64,000 nucleotides of DNA from Acholeplasmataceae bacterium (GTDB lineage Bacteria; Bacillota_I; Bacilli_A; Acholeplasmatales; Acholeplasmataceae), in NCBI GenBank assembly GCA_963675245.1, contig OY775910.1, forward strand, positions 608,001 to 672,000, given 5' to 3'. Below, one piece after another: positions 53,180 to 63,742 of the stretch. Each line of letters opens with the position of its first letter. Position 1 is the stretch's first letter. A program made the translations under genes and the position numbers. Under the pieces are notes generated by a model, which saw only the letters and a program-made list of their open reading frames with translations, did no database searches and was not told the origin of the DNA.

Positions 53180-54461
53180 ATTGAACACCTTGATCAACAT
53201 TTTCAACAATTAAACTTAAATTGAAATGTTGTGCAGTTTTTTGAACGATACTCATACCGAGGCCAAACTGCCCTTTGTTTCCTTTTTCATAAGGTTTAAA
53301 TCTAGTATTAACAAATTTATCACTAATTGGCTCACCATCATTAAAGAAGGTGAGTTTTTTGTTGTTTAACGTGATTTTAATCGTAGTTTTTGCATAACGT
53401 AATGCATTCTCAACGATATTGCTAAACATGGTATAGAAATTATCTCTTACGCCAAAGTACGTTGAGTCATCTAGTTCAGTAACAAAGTTTAAATCAGTTC
53501 TAAATTTTTGATTATCAACAATGTTCATAATAATATCTTTAATTGGTATAACTTCAAATTCAGATGGATCTTTCATGTACTCTAACTTATTAAACTCTAA
53601 TAATTGTTTTACTTTTTGATTAAGTACATCTACTTGTTGAATAATTACTTCTGCTTCTTTAGGATCTGATATGCCATCAGAAATCGCTTCAGCATATGAT
53701 TGTATCACTGAAATAGGCGTCTTAAAGTCGTGTGATACATTTTGAAGCATTTCTCGTTTAATGTTATCGCTGACTTCTATTTCCTGTCTCATTCTTTCAA
53801 TCGCTCGAGACAGATCAGTTATTTCATCTCTTCCCTCTATTTCAATTGGAATCGCATAATCGTTTTCGCCTAATTTTCCGACTTCTGTTTCTAACAATTT
53901 AATGCGGTCAACCGTTGATCTTGACCAAATTAGGATAATAATGTTGCCAATCAAAATAATAGAAATAAAACTGATTTGAATGAGCGTAGTAAATTCATTT
54001 GGAATATCTTCTAAATAATCATCATCGGTGTATGCGATATAAACGATATTTTGTGCTTCATCTCTTTCGATAATGAAATAGAAGGTGTCTCCTTCATAAT
54101 CCAACTGTGTTACATATGATTCATCATTACGACTACTAATGTTAACTTGTCCACTCCAATGGACTAAATAGTAATTATAAAGTGATGTGTAAGAAGGGAA
54201 TCTTCCAGTAATAATATTGTAGTTGGTCGATAATGGTAATTGGATGAGTCCGTTTCTATAAATCGCGTATCCATTATATTCACTATCAGGTTTATTTGGC
54301 ACTTTGATCTGCTCAAAATAAATGTTTAGTTGGTCGATATTTTGTTGTTCTCTCGCGCTACTAACAACACTTGAGAGCGTAATAAAAAAGACGAGACCAG
54401 TTATCACGGTCACTATTGTAAAAATGACATTAATTTGTGTAACAAGTTTCATCTTTCTCAT
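53160..54461 (-). CDS. Sensor histidine kinase (HAMP-HisKA; CssS-like)
   Basis: 2 TMs, SHDFKTP, NALRYA, FGLGMSIV. Confidence 0.92.
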   Translation of the reverse strand: MRKMKLVTQINVIFTIVTVITGLVFFITLSSVVSSAREQQNIDQLNIYFEQIKVPNKPDSEYNGYAIYRNGLIQLPLSTNYNIITGRFPSYTSLYNYYLVHWSGQVNISSRNDESYVTQLDYEGDTFYFIIERDEAQNIVYIAYTDDDYLEDIPNEFTTLIQISFISIILIGNIIILIWSRSTVDRIKLLETEVGKLGENDYAIPIEIEGRDEITDLSRAIERMRQEIEVSDNIKREMLQNVSHDFKTPISVIQSYAEAISDGISDPKEAEVIIQQVDVLNQKVKQLLEFNKLEYMKDPSEFEVIPIKDIIMNIVDNQKFRTDLNFVTELDDSTYFGVRDNFYTMFSNIVENALRYAKTTIKITLNNKKLTFFNDGEPISDKFVNTRFKPYEKGNKGQFGLGMSIVQKTAQHFNLSLIVENVDQGVQFTIEPL

Positions 54462-55114
54462 AGTAGACGATAGCCATACCCATAGATTGTTTCAATTTTT
54501 AATAGTGGCATCTTGTGACGTAATCTTCTAAGCAAGTCATCAACGACACGATCACTACCATAATAATTATCGCCCCAAACATGTTTTAATATTTCTTCAC
54601 GTTCAAAAGCTGTGTTTGGATTTTTTAAGAAAAATAATAGTAATTCAAATTCTTTATTGGTTAATTCAATCATATCACCTTGGAATTTAATTTCTCGTTT
54701 TGTCAAATTAATATCATATTCGTTGTATTGCATTGACTCGCTTGTTTGTGTGTGTGATTGGCGACGAAGTATTGCTTTGACACGTAATATCAATTCTTTG
54801 GGTGAATAAGGTTTTGCAAGATAATCATCACTACCCAATTCTAAACCAATGATTTTATCTAAATCTTGATCACGTGCAGAGGTGAACATTGTGGCTACTT
54901 CTGGATTATGCTCTTTAATCTCTTTTATTAAATCATAACCGTTAATGTCTCCTTCAAGCATAATATCTAAAATCCAAAGATCAACAGGATCATCAACATA
55001 CTTGATAGCCGTTTCCCCATCAGTAAAAACCCGTACCTCAAATCCTTCACGGACGAGGTACTTCCTAATAATTTCTGATAAGTTTTTTTCGTCTTCAACA
55101 TAATATATACGCAT
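54458..55114 (-). CDS. OmpR-family response regulator (CssR-like)
   Basis: VEDE, LDIML, KPY, ETIYGYGY. Confidence 0.95.
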   Translation of the reverse strand: MRIYYVEDEKNLSEIIRKYLVREGFEVRVFTDGETAIKYVDDPVDLWILDIMLEGDINGYDLIKEIKEHNPEVATMFTSARDQDLDKIIGLELGSDDYLAKPYSPKELILRVKAILRRQSHTQTSESMQYNEYDINLTKREIKFQGDMIELTNKEFELLLFFLKNPNTAFEREEILKHVWGDNYYGSDRVVDDLLRRLRHKMPLLKIETIYGYGYRLL

Positions 55115-55258
55115 GATAAAGCCCCCTTTAATAAGGAAAATAAGCGTGCTTTCACACGCTTATTATAACATAGGAGTATCTAAACAGGAGAAAAATGAAG
55201 TACTTGTAGTATAGCAAAACACTATGTGATGTCAATGTTTTTTTGATGTGAAATTATG

Positions 55259-56536
55259 TTATTGAATGACATCAACCTTCATATAAGGCACAAGTGCTTC
55301 TGGCACAGTAATGCTGCCATCTTCATTTTGATAGTTCTCGATAATGGCTATCATCGTACGACCAACAGCTAAACCAGAGCCATTTAATGTGTGAACATAT
55401 TCTGTTTTCGCGTCTTTTGTTCGTTTAAAACGAATATTTGCACGACGTGCTTGAAAATCTTCATCATTTGAAATAGACCCGATTTCACGATATTTATCCT
55501 GCCCTGGTAACCATACTTCAATATCATATGTTTTAGTTGCACCAAATCCGAGGTCGCCCGTTGATAAAGAAACCACACGATATGGTAATCTTAAGCGTTG
55601 AAGAACTGTTTCAGAATCAATCAGCATTTTTTCTAGTTCATCATATGATTCTTCTGGTTTCGTGAATTTGATTAATTCAACCTTATGAAATTGATGTTGT
55701 CTTAAAATACCTCTTGTGTCTCGACCTGCAGATCCCGCTTCAGAACGAAACGCCGTTGTATATGCGCAGTATTTAATGGGTAGTTCCTCGCCTGTCAGAA
55801 TTTCATTGCGATATAAGTTAATCGTAGGCACTTCAGCTGTCGGATTTAAATAGTAGTCTGAATCTTCTAAATCTAACTTAAAAGCATCCTCTTTAAATTT
55901 AGGGAATTGTCCGGTTGCATACATGGATTCACCATTCACAATATATGGTGGGATAATTTCAGTATATCCTTCGTCTATCGCGTGTTGGTCCATCATGAAC
56001 TGTATAAGTGCTCTTTCAAGTCTAGCACCTAATCCTTTATCAACAACAAATCTAGTGCCCGTCACTTTAGCGGCTCTTTCAAAATCAAGAATGCCTAATT
56101 TTTCAGAAAGTTCAACATGATCTTTTACTGGAAAATCAAATTGTCGTGGTTCTCCCCATTTTTTGACTTCAACATTGTCATTTTCATCTTTACCAATTGG
56201 TGTATCTTCATGAGGGATGTTTGGGACTTCTGCCATAATGGTTTGAATCTTAAGCTCAACGTCTTTTAATTCGTTGTCCAATACTTTAATAGCATCTCCA
56301 ATATCAGCCACTTCAATAAGTACTTCAGAAGCATCTTTCTTTTCTCTTTTTAATTGTCCAATCTTTTTTGAAGCTTCGTTGCGGTATGCCTTTTTCGCTT
56401 CAACATCCATGATAATAACACGTCTTTTTTCGGCTAGTTCAACAAGCTCGTTCAAATAACTGAAATCCGCATTTCTTGTCGATAGTTTTTTAATTACCAC
56501 TTCAATATTATCAATCACATACTTTAGGTCCAGCAT
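55259..56536 (-). CDS. serS: Serine--tRNA ligase
   Basis: [27 protein letters not shown]; start MLDLK after GGAGG. Confidence 0.97.
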   Translation of the reverse strand: MLDLKYVIDNIEVVIKKLSTRNADFSYLNELVELAEKRRVIIMDVEAKKAYRNEASKKIGQLKREKKDASEVLIEVADIGDAIKVLDNELKDVELKIQTIMAEVPNIPHEDTPIGKDENDNVEVKKWGEPRQFDFPVKDHVELSEKLGILDFERAAKVTGTRFVVDKGLGARLERALIQFMMDQHAIDEGYTEIIPPYIVNGESMYATGQFPKFKEDAFKLDLEDSDYYLNPTAEVPTINLYRNEILTGEELPIKYCAYTTAFRSEAGSAGRDTRGILRQHQFHKVELIKFTKPEESYDELEKMLIDSETVLQRLRLPYRVVSLSTGDLGFGATKTYDIEVWLPGQDKYREIGSISNDEDFQARRANIRFKRTKDAKTEYVHTLNGSGLAVGRTMIAIIENYQNEDGSITVPEALVPYMKVDVIQ

Positions 56537-56556
56537 TATTATTTCCTCCTTTAAAA

Positions 56557-56760
56557 AGAAAACGCCCTTAGACAAATGCTAAGGACGATTATTCGCGGTA
56601 CCACCTTAGTTCTAGATTAACTCTAGCCCTCAAATCCTTTAACGCAGGTAAACGGGCGTGATTAGCGCCACTCCGGAGTAGATTCATCAATATCAACCTA
56701 ACGCTTTCACCAACCGCGTTTTCTCTAGACGTCATCAATTGATTATGGTCTCCATCTCGT
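56557..56760 (-). promoter_or_regulatory. T-box riboswitch upstream of serS
   Basis: T-box AAGGTGGTACCGCG at 56594-56607; AGAGA and GGTGAA stem I motifs; Ser codon(s) in GAATCTACTCC; terminator. Confidence 0.92.
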
Positions 56761-56809
56761 GTTACTTATATTATAAATTTAAATATCTGAAAAGTAAAGA
56801 TTTAATCTG

Positions 56810-57673
56810 TTAAACTTTTTTCTTTAATCTTTCTAAAATATCTTCTCTTAATTCATCATTTTGTAAAGCAAAATCAACAATCGCTTCGATGTAATCTACT
56901 TTGTTTCCAACATCGTATCTTTTCGCATCTAAATCAAGAGAATAGACATCTTCTTTATCCATCATTCTTAAGATTGCATCTGTGAGTTGGATTTCGTTGC
57001 CTTTTCCTTTTTGTTGATCCTTTAAGTATTTAAAAATCTTTGGCGATAAGATGTAACGTCCACCGATTGCACTTCTAGATGGTGCATCTTCTGGGTTTGG
57101 TTTCTCAACCACACTTTGAAGTGCTTTTAATCTGCCCGTTTCACCTTCTTTAGGTGCTGTTATACCATATAGGTTTGTATGTTCTTTCGCCACTTCCATT
57201 GTACCAAGAATTGAAGCTTGAACTTTTTCATATTCATCCATCATTTGCTTGATTGCTGGATATTCATGATTAACATACATATCATCGCCCAACAATACAG
57301 CAAATGGTTCATCACCGACGAATGTAGCAGCCTGTAAAACAGCGTGCCCTAAACCTAATTGTTCTCTTTGTCTTACGAAGTGAATATTAGCACCTTCTCC
57401 TAAATGTCTGACAAGACCATATTCATAGTCTTTCCCTCTTGATTTAAGAATAGTTTCTAATTCTAAATTACGATCGAAGTAATCAACGATGGCGTTTTTG
57501 TTTCCGGATACAATTAGAATAATATCTGTAATGCCACTTTCAATCGCTTCTTCAACAATAAACTCTATGGTTGGTCTGTCTATTATGGGTAACATTTCTT
57601 TGGGTAGCGATTTCGTAATAGGCAAAAATCTAGTGCCGTATCCTGCTGCAGGAATGACTGCTTTTTTAATCAT
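56810..57673 (-). CDS. galU: UTP--glucose-1-phosphate uridylyltransferase
   Basis: KAVIPAAGYGTRFLP.TK..PKEMLP, LGLGHAV, VEKP, EIQLTDA. Confidence 0.96.
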   Translation of the reverse strand: MIKKAVIPAAGYGTRFLPITKSLPKEMLPIIDRPTIEFIVEEAIESGITDIILIVSGNKNAIVDYFDRNLELETILKSRGKDYEYGLVRHLGEGANIHFVRQREQLGLGHAVLQAATFVGDEPFAVLLGDDMYVNHEYPAIKQMMDEYEKVQASILGTMEVAKEHTNLYGITAPKEGETGRLKALQSVVEKPNPEDAPSRSAIGGRYILSPKIFKYLKDQQKGKGNEIQLTDAILRMMDKEDVYSLDLDAKRYDVGNKVDYIEAIVDFALQNDELREDILERLKKKV

Positions 57674-58557
57674 GATAATTCCTCCGTTTTTTCTTGTTTT
57701 CTAGTTGAAATATAATATGTTAGCACAAGCCCTGATATGAATAGAACAGCAGCGATAACATATGTATACCATTGTTGCCCCAAAATGCTTGTGTTTAAAT
57801 CTCTATTTAATGTGACGATTATATTTATGGGTGATACAATCACAATACCTAAAACCGCAACATAAAAATGTGTTTTATATTGATGGAATAGAAAATGCAT
57901 CACTTTACCCATACCAATCAATCCAATAAGTGTTCCTAATATTAATAATAACAAAACTGGTAGTTGGCTAGCAAATAGTGCAAAATCCATGGTAGCGATA
58001 GCAACTCCTACATTTGAAATAATATCTAACAACAAATGAAAAAAACCAAACGCCAATAACATGGTTGATCCACTTAATCCAGGAATGATAAGTGCGATAG
58101 CATAAATCACACCAATTAATACCACGATGACGTGATATAACCACGATGTTGGTGAAACATGTGATTCAGTTAAAAAGATAATACCTACCATCGCAACAAT
58201 CGCTAAGACGAACACAAGTATGTGATGCCACGCGATATGTACTTCTTTAACTTCTTTTAATAGAATAGGGATTGCTCCAAAAATAAATCCAATAAATAAG
58301 AACGTCATAGGGATTGGTGCATAATCAAAAAAATAATTAATGAATACAAAACCGATGAGCAACCCTACAATGACACCCACGATATATTGCCATACACTTT
58401 GGATTGCTTTAATTGGATGTCGTGTCACATCATTTAGTGCATCAATTAAATTTTGATATATTTTCAAGATGGCTGCTACCATGCTTCCACTAATCCCTGG
58501 AAGAATACTACCAATACCAACTAGGCTTCCTTTTATGACCTTTATAAGGTGTTGCAT
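57670..58557 (-). CDS. DUF368 family undecaprenyl-phosphate translocase
   Basis: Twin motifs PGISGS and PGLSGS in a polytopic membrane protein. Confidence 0.85.
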   Translation of the reverse strand: MQHLIKVIKGSLVGIGSILPGISGSMVAAILKIYQNLIDALNDVTRHPIKAIQSVWQYIVGVIVGLLIGFVFINYFFDYAPIPMTFLFIGFIFGAIPILLKEVKEVHIAWHHILVFVLAIVAMVGIIFLTESHVSPTSWLYHVIVVLIGVIYAIALIIPGLSGSTMLLAFGFFHLLLDIISNVGVAIATMDFALFASQLPVLLLLILGTLIGLIGMGKVMHFLFHQYKTHFYVAVLGIVIVSPINIIVTLNRDLNTSILGQQWYTYVIAAVLFISGLVLTYYISTRKQEKTEELS

Positions 58558-58642
58558 ATAGTCTCCTTGATGTTTCGTTTCTTTGCTCCTATTTTAACAT
58601 ATTTTTAGTCATATCATATGCTATAATATGAGTGGTGATGAT

Positions 58643-59458
58643 ATGCCTCAACTAATTGAAATAATAAAATATATTGTTTTAGGGATCATTCAAGGTATCA
58701 CAGAAATATTCCCTGTATCTAGTAGTGGACACTTAACGTTGTTTAGTAATATCTTCGGTATGAACTTAGACAACTTAACTGTTTTTTTAATGATTACAAA
58801 TACCGGAAGTTTCCTAGCGCTTTTCATTTATTTTTGGAAAGATATTGTTCAACTCATTAAAGGTACTTGGTTATATTTGATTAAACATCAAGAAACAAGC
58901 AAACAAGATTTTCAATATGTTGTTAAATTAATCATCGCTGTGATTCCAATTGGTCTATTAGGATTTTTCATAAAAGATTACTTACCAAACGATTTATTAT
59001 CTACTGGACTTGCATTACTCATTACCGGTGGACTACTCTACTATGTTTATCGTGTAAAAGACATTCAATGGCGTCAAGAAATTTCTTGGAAAAACGCCTT
59101 AATTATCGGAGCATTTCAGATGATTGCAGTCTTCCCGGGAATTTCAAGAAGTGGTATTACAATGTCGGGTGGTTTGGTTCAAAAAATCGATCTAAAAAAA
59201 GTGCTTCGTTTCACGTTTTTGAGTTATATAATGGTGTCTGTTCCGGTGATGATTTTGGGATTCTATGAAGCAGCAAACGCTTCTGAGTCAATCAACACGA
59301 TTGGATATGGGTTAGCCTTTATTATGAGTTTTATATTTAGTTTTATTTCTGTTCATGTACTCTATAAATTTGTACATGTTAAAAACCTCGTTTATTTTGC
59401 GGGTTACTGTTTCGTTGTAGGTGTGCTATCTATTGTTTTATACTTCACTGTTTTCTAA
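58643..59458 (+). CDS. uppP: Undecaprenyl-diphosphate phosphatase
   Basis: QGITEIFPVSSSGHL and PGISRSG. Confidence 0.93.
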   Translation: MPQLIEIIKYIVLGIIQGITEIFPVSSSGHLTLFSNIFGMNLDNLTVFLMITNTGSFLALFIYFWKDIVQLIKGTWLYLIKHQETSKQDFQYVVKLIIAVIPIGLLGFFIKDYLPNDLLSTGLALLITGGLLYYVYRVKDIQWRQEISWKNALIIGAFQMIAVFPGISRSGITMSGGLVQKIDLKKVLRFTFLSYIMVSVPVMILGFYEAANASESINTIGYGLAFIMSFIFSFISVHVLYKFVHVKNLVYFAGYCFVVGVLSIVLYFTVF

Positions 59459-59476
59459 AATATTCTTTTTCAAATA

Positions 59477-59514
59477 ACACTTCATGATGCAAATTATCGT
59501 GAGGTGTTTTTTTT
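59477..59514 (+). terminator. Intrinsic terminator after uppP
   Basis: ACACTTCATGAT...ATCGTGAGGTGT followed by T-run. Confidence 0.75.
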
Positions 59515-60116
59515 ATGAAAATCATTTACAGAAAGTCTTACACGTTTATCTTTAATAATTATTGAAATTTTTATGACCAAATAAGCCTTGTAAATGATTG
59601 TGTTAGGTTATCTTTAAATTGTGTGATCTACATAGTCTTTCTGTCTGCATAAAATCAGAACTTTTACATCTTTCAAAAATAATTGATTCATACTTTTTTA
59701 CACACAAAAATGAAAGAGCATTTTTTAAAAATTATTTTATCAACCTCTGTTAAGGTGTCTTAGAGCGGTATTGAAGTGATATATACAAAAATACCGTATA
59801 ATCTCTTTATAGCGACAATTACAGCACGTCACTATAACAGTCAATCGTTCATAGTGTCTTGTGTTGAAAAACAAAAGCTTCGAAAATAGTGTCTATAAAA
59901 ACTTGAAAGACCAATTGGACGTTTCTCAAAAAAATTCTTTTGAAAAACCTAAAATTGATCTATTTTTTGTAGTATCGTATGTTATTTATATGATATTCCC
60001 TTAACTGGGCGATTATCACCATATAAATTTCACTTTCTTTATACAATTATATCTTTGTGTTGTAATTGATGTTATTTGTTGTTTTACATCACTTTATACC
60101 ATTGTTTTCGGTAATT

Positions 60117-60926
60117 CTAGTGAATTACCATCATTAAAGATTCACAATATAATTCATATCCTATTTTCATATAGATGCTATTGGATGTTGGATTAGATGC
60201 GTCTGTGTAAAGTGTTGCATATCGTTTATTTTCTAGAATCTTTGATGTTACTTCTGAAACAAGTTTTGTTGCGAAACCTTTAGCTCTATGTGAAGTAGGT
60301 GTGTACACCATAGCTACTGTTTGACTGTTTTTAGTCTCTCTGGTTTTCGCTGTCATCGATACGATTTCACCTTCGTTTTCCATCACGAACAAGTTCTGAT
60401 TTTCAATCGCATGCAATAACGATCTTTTAATCTTATCATCCGATGTTGGTCCTTCTAAAGTAGTGATGAAATCTTTATACCATGTAAATAAAATATCAAT
60501 ATCTTTTCTAGCGGCTAATCGTATGTTATTCTCTGAGTTTAAATTGCTTTTTGCTCTTTCACACTTATAGATTTTTTGATTCATTTCAATACTCATTTTT
60601 CTTTGTGTATTTTTTTCAAATACTCGTTGATATGTAAGACATGCCAAGCGTTCACCAATGATGCCTGGGTATGCTATTTTCTCCATATGTTTAACCAAAT
60701 CCACATACACATCTTCGTCTAAAGTGTTCGCTGTTATAATCATTTTTCTTCCCATGATAACACCCAATAATATGTGATCACCAATAACGGAAGACACAAA
60801 ATAAGCGTCCTTATCAATGGCTTTTTTTGCAATCCCAATTATTAAATTATTTTTGATATCATCCATTTCAAGAAATGTTAGATACTCATTTAAAAACATG
60901 TTGTTGTCTTTATATTCTTTGATCAT
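60117..60926 (-). CDS. GNAT acetyltransferase
   Basis: VYTP..HRAKGFA, LYTD.SNPTSN.IY.KIGY. Confidence 0.85.
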   Translation of the reverse strand: MIKEYKDNNMFLNEYLTFLEMDDIKNNLIIGIAKKAIDKDAYFVSSVIGDHILLGVIMGRKMIITANTLDEDVYVDLVKHMEKIAYPGIIGERLACLTYQRVFEKNTQRKMSIEMNQKIYKCERAKSNLNSENNIRLAARKDIDILFTWYKDFITTLEGPTSDDKIKRSLLHAIENQNLFVMENEGEIVSMTAKTRETKNSQTVAMVYTPTSHRAKGFATKLVSEVTSKILENKRYATLYTDASNPTSNSIYMKIGYELYCESLMMVIH

Positions 60927-60944
60927 GTTACTTTCCTCTTGTCG

Positions 60945-63050
60945 CTATTGGTTTAAGAGCGCATTTAGTTCTTTCAATTTATCTTTGGTAGATAGTAGAT
61001 AATCGCTATACATTTTGTACGTTCTAATATATTCATATAAATCAACATCCACGGTTGCAGATGTCGGATATACTTTGCTCGGTTGACGTAACGAATAAAA
61101 GTATTGATCTGTAACAACATCTAAGAGTCTATTATCTAAAACAAAAGTTGGTTCAGTGGATAATACGTTCACGCCAAAGTATGCATCATTGCCTACTGGC
61201 ATATCAAACAATTCAACCATTGTGCGATATAAATCAATAGGTGATCTAGCCCTTTCTTGATCTCCAACCAACATGCCTTTTCTTAATGAATAGTCACCAT
61301 AATCAACATACTCATCATTACTTGGGACATATATAAACGCTAATGTTTGTTGGAGAATTTGTCTTTCTTCCAACTCACTTAGTTCTTTATCAAGTAGTAT
61401 ATCCAAATCACCATTTTTCAATCCCGAACCATGGTCACTATAAAATATATAAGCTGTATCGCTGATTGTTTGATCCGTTCCATCTTCGGCAATAAAGAAG
61501 CGTTTAATCGTTTCGCTATAGTAGTTTGCATAGTTAAGATACTTGAGCGTAATTTCGTGTATATAAGGTGCATAGTTTGGATAAATAGATGTCATTGAAC
61601 CATAAGGTCCAAAATCAAACGGAGTATGCCCCATCATATAAATAGGGAATAGCATGAATGGATTTGTCATGCTGTTTCCAAGTGTCGCTGTGCAATCTCC
61701 TAAATAATAATCACTTACCCAAGGACTAACATGCGTTAGCTGATTTTCTTCATCATATAGATAACCTTGATTGATATCGTATCCATCCTCCATGAAATCT
61801 TCTAGTGAATATGAACGACTAAAATTATAGAAATTAGGATAAACGACATTACGATTATAGAACGTTTCATGATCTCCGTGAATCGATTCTGTATAGTAGC
61901 TTTCTAGTGTTAAGTATTGTGGAATCGATGGTAACTCATAAACTATGTCGCTATAATCCCAATATAGTGTTTTATCTCCTTGTGGATTCAAACCTGTAAG
62001 AACAGAAAACTCAGCGTCTGAACTTACACCCATACCAACGTTAGCGTAATAATTAGAAAGCACATAACTCTCGTTAAGTAGGTTATTTAAAAAGCTCATT
62101 TGAGCATTTGTATATTGATTTTGTAGTAAGAAATAGTTAAACGATTCTAAGTGAATTAGTACAAGATTTTTATCTTTCAATATACCTTGTAATTCATCGC
62201 CATTTTGAAGAGATGGATCAATATAATCAATATCTGCTTGATTCATCGTTAATCGATTTGAATAGGTTATACCGTCAATGGGATTTACATAACTAGAAAC
62301 ATTTTTATTATATATATTCATATATGATAATGCGTCTTCATCTGTCTTTATATTCAAAGCATCTTCTGAATTTATTTTAGTTTTTATGCCTAAAAACTCT
62401 TTTATATAATATGGATAAACACCATAGTTTTGAACTGAGTAACTGGATACTGCAGATTGAATGGGCATATCTGAATTAACTTGGACTGTAAATGTAATGG
62501 ATGTGGCAACCATCACAACCAATACAGCAATCAATTGTGTTAACACTCTTTTGTAATTGAATTTAAATCTCAACCCTTTCATTTGTTTAAAGGAAATAGC
62601 TGTCCAAATAGTTAAGGTGAAAAATGGAATAAATACTACAATTCGATAATAGCTAATCAGTTCTCTAAAAGCCTCTATTGCTGTTTGTCCAGCAAAACCA
62701 CCGGTTGGATTATTGAATAAATTTAGCATATCTACAGCAAATGCTGTACCATAATATAAATTAAATATACCTAACACAAATATAAATGAATTGAGAATAA
62801 GTGTAAATACTATCAATATCACCATTCTAGCTCGCATGGATTTAATTACCAGTGAGACAATTAAGATGATAAAAATAAGTGCCCCTACATTGCCAATGAT
62901 AGCCGTTAATTCACCAATAAACGTATGAGAAAAAGGCGCAATATATTTATTTAGCGCACTTGATGTTAAAAAGTATGTGTTTAAAACATTTAAAGCAATG
63001 AATAATACAATGAATATCGTATATGCATAATCTCTTGTTGTTTTCTTCAT
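60945..63050 (-). CDS. LTA synthase (LtaS)-family sulfatase-fold membrane protein
   Basis: 5 N-terminal TMs; IHLESF, SSDAEF...TG, HGD..TFYNR, GHTPF, YSDHG. Confidence 0.85.
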   Translation of the reverse strand: MKKTTRDYAYTIFIVLFIALNVLNTYFLTSSALNKYIAPFSHTFIGELTAIIGNVGALIFIILIVSLVIKSMRARMVILIVFTLILNSFIFVLGIFNLYYGTAFAVDMLNLFNNPTGGFAGQTAIEAFRELISYYRIVVFIPFFTLTIWTAISFKQMKGLRFKFNYKRVLTQLIAVLVVMVATSITFTVQVNSDMPIQSAVSSYSVQNYGVYPYYIKEFLGIKTKINSEDALNIKTDEDALSYMNIYNKNVSSYVNPIDGITYSNRLTMNQADIDYIDPSLQNGDELQGILKDKNLVLIHLESFNYFLLQNQYTNAQMSFLNNLLNESYVLSNYYANVGMGVSSDAEFSVLTGLNPQGDKTLYWDYSDIVYELPSIPQYLTLESYYTESIHGDHETFYNRNVVYPNFYNFSRSYSLEDFMEDGYDINQGYLYDEENQLTHVSPWVSDYYLGDCTATLGNSMTNPFMLFPIYMMGHTPFDFGPYGSMTSIYPNYAPYIHEITLKYLNYANYYSETIKRFFIAEDGTDQTISDTAYIFYSDHGSGLKNGDLDILLDKELSELEERQILQQTLAFIYVPSNDEYVDYGDYSLRKGMLVGDQERARSPIDLYRTMVELFDMPVGNDAYFGVNVLSTEPTFVLDNRLLDVVTDQYFYSLRQPSKVYPTSATVDVDLYEYIRTYKMYSDYLLSTKDKLKELNALLNQ

Positions 63051-63071
63051 GTTATCGTGCCTTTCTATCGT

Positions 63072-63647
63072 TTAAAGCTGCTTCCTCATGATTGCACATG
63101 TTTCAAATTCCTTATGTACATCAAATCCTTGTTTTTCAAACATCAGTTTATAACCGTGATAATTCATATAACAATCTTGGTGTCCGGTATCTGGGTAGGC
63201 TTCAATATATTGATATCCTTCTTTTCTCGCTTCTTCAATTGCATGTGTTAGTAGTGCGGTTGCGATGCCTTTATGACGATAATGAGGAGAAACTACAAAA
63301 CAAGCAATGGATTTTATATGCTCATCTTCGCTTGTGGAGACATCAACATCTGAAAATAATCTTACATATTTTTGTTTTTTATTGGAACTAATCCAACCAA
63401 TCATTTGTTCGTTTTCATATGCTAAATAGCCTTGTAGTAATTGACTTTTAACATATTCAGCAGCTTTACTTCTTGTGTAGTTAGCATCATAATTCGTTTT
63501 TTTAAACGCGTCTAATTCGTTTTTACCAAAATGATTAAATGTACAATAACATCCCGCCCAATCTGGATGATCGCTAAAAGCAACTTCATCAAAAAACGTT
63601 AAATAATCGTCTAACGATTCTTCATTTAATGGTTTAAATATCAACAT
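63072..63647 (-). CDS. GNAT acetyltransferase
   Basis: CYC motif, IACFVV...YRHKGIA, IEAYP. Confidence 0.85.
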   Translation of the reverse strand: MLIFKPLNEESLDDYLTFFDEVAFSDHPDWAGCYCTFNHFGKNELDAFKKTNYDANYTRSKAAEYVKSQLLQGYLAYENEQMIGWISSNKKQKYVRLFSDVDVSTSEDEHIKSIACFVVSPHYRHKGIATALLTHAIEEARKEGYQYIEAYPDTGHQDCYMNYHGYKLMFEKQGFDVHKEFETCAIMRKQL

Positions 63648-63742
63648 ATGACCATCTCCAATCTATATGTTCATATTTTACCATATCAATATACCTATAT
63701 TGAGGAAAGAAAACGCGATCTATTTCAATCGCGTTTTTCGTG

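Noticed and set aside
55158..55180. dif-like site
   Set aside because: Only the left part resembles dif; better explained as a TATAAT -10 box for the response regulator
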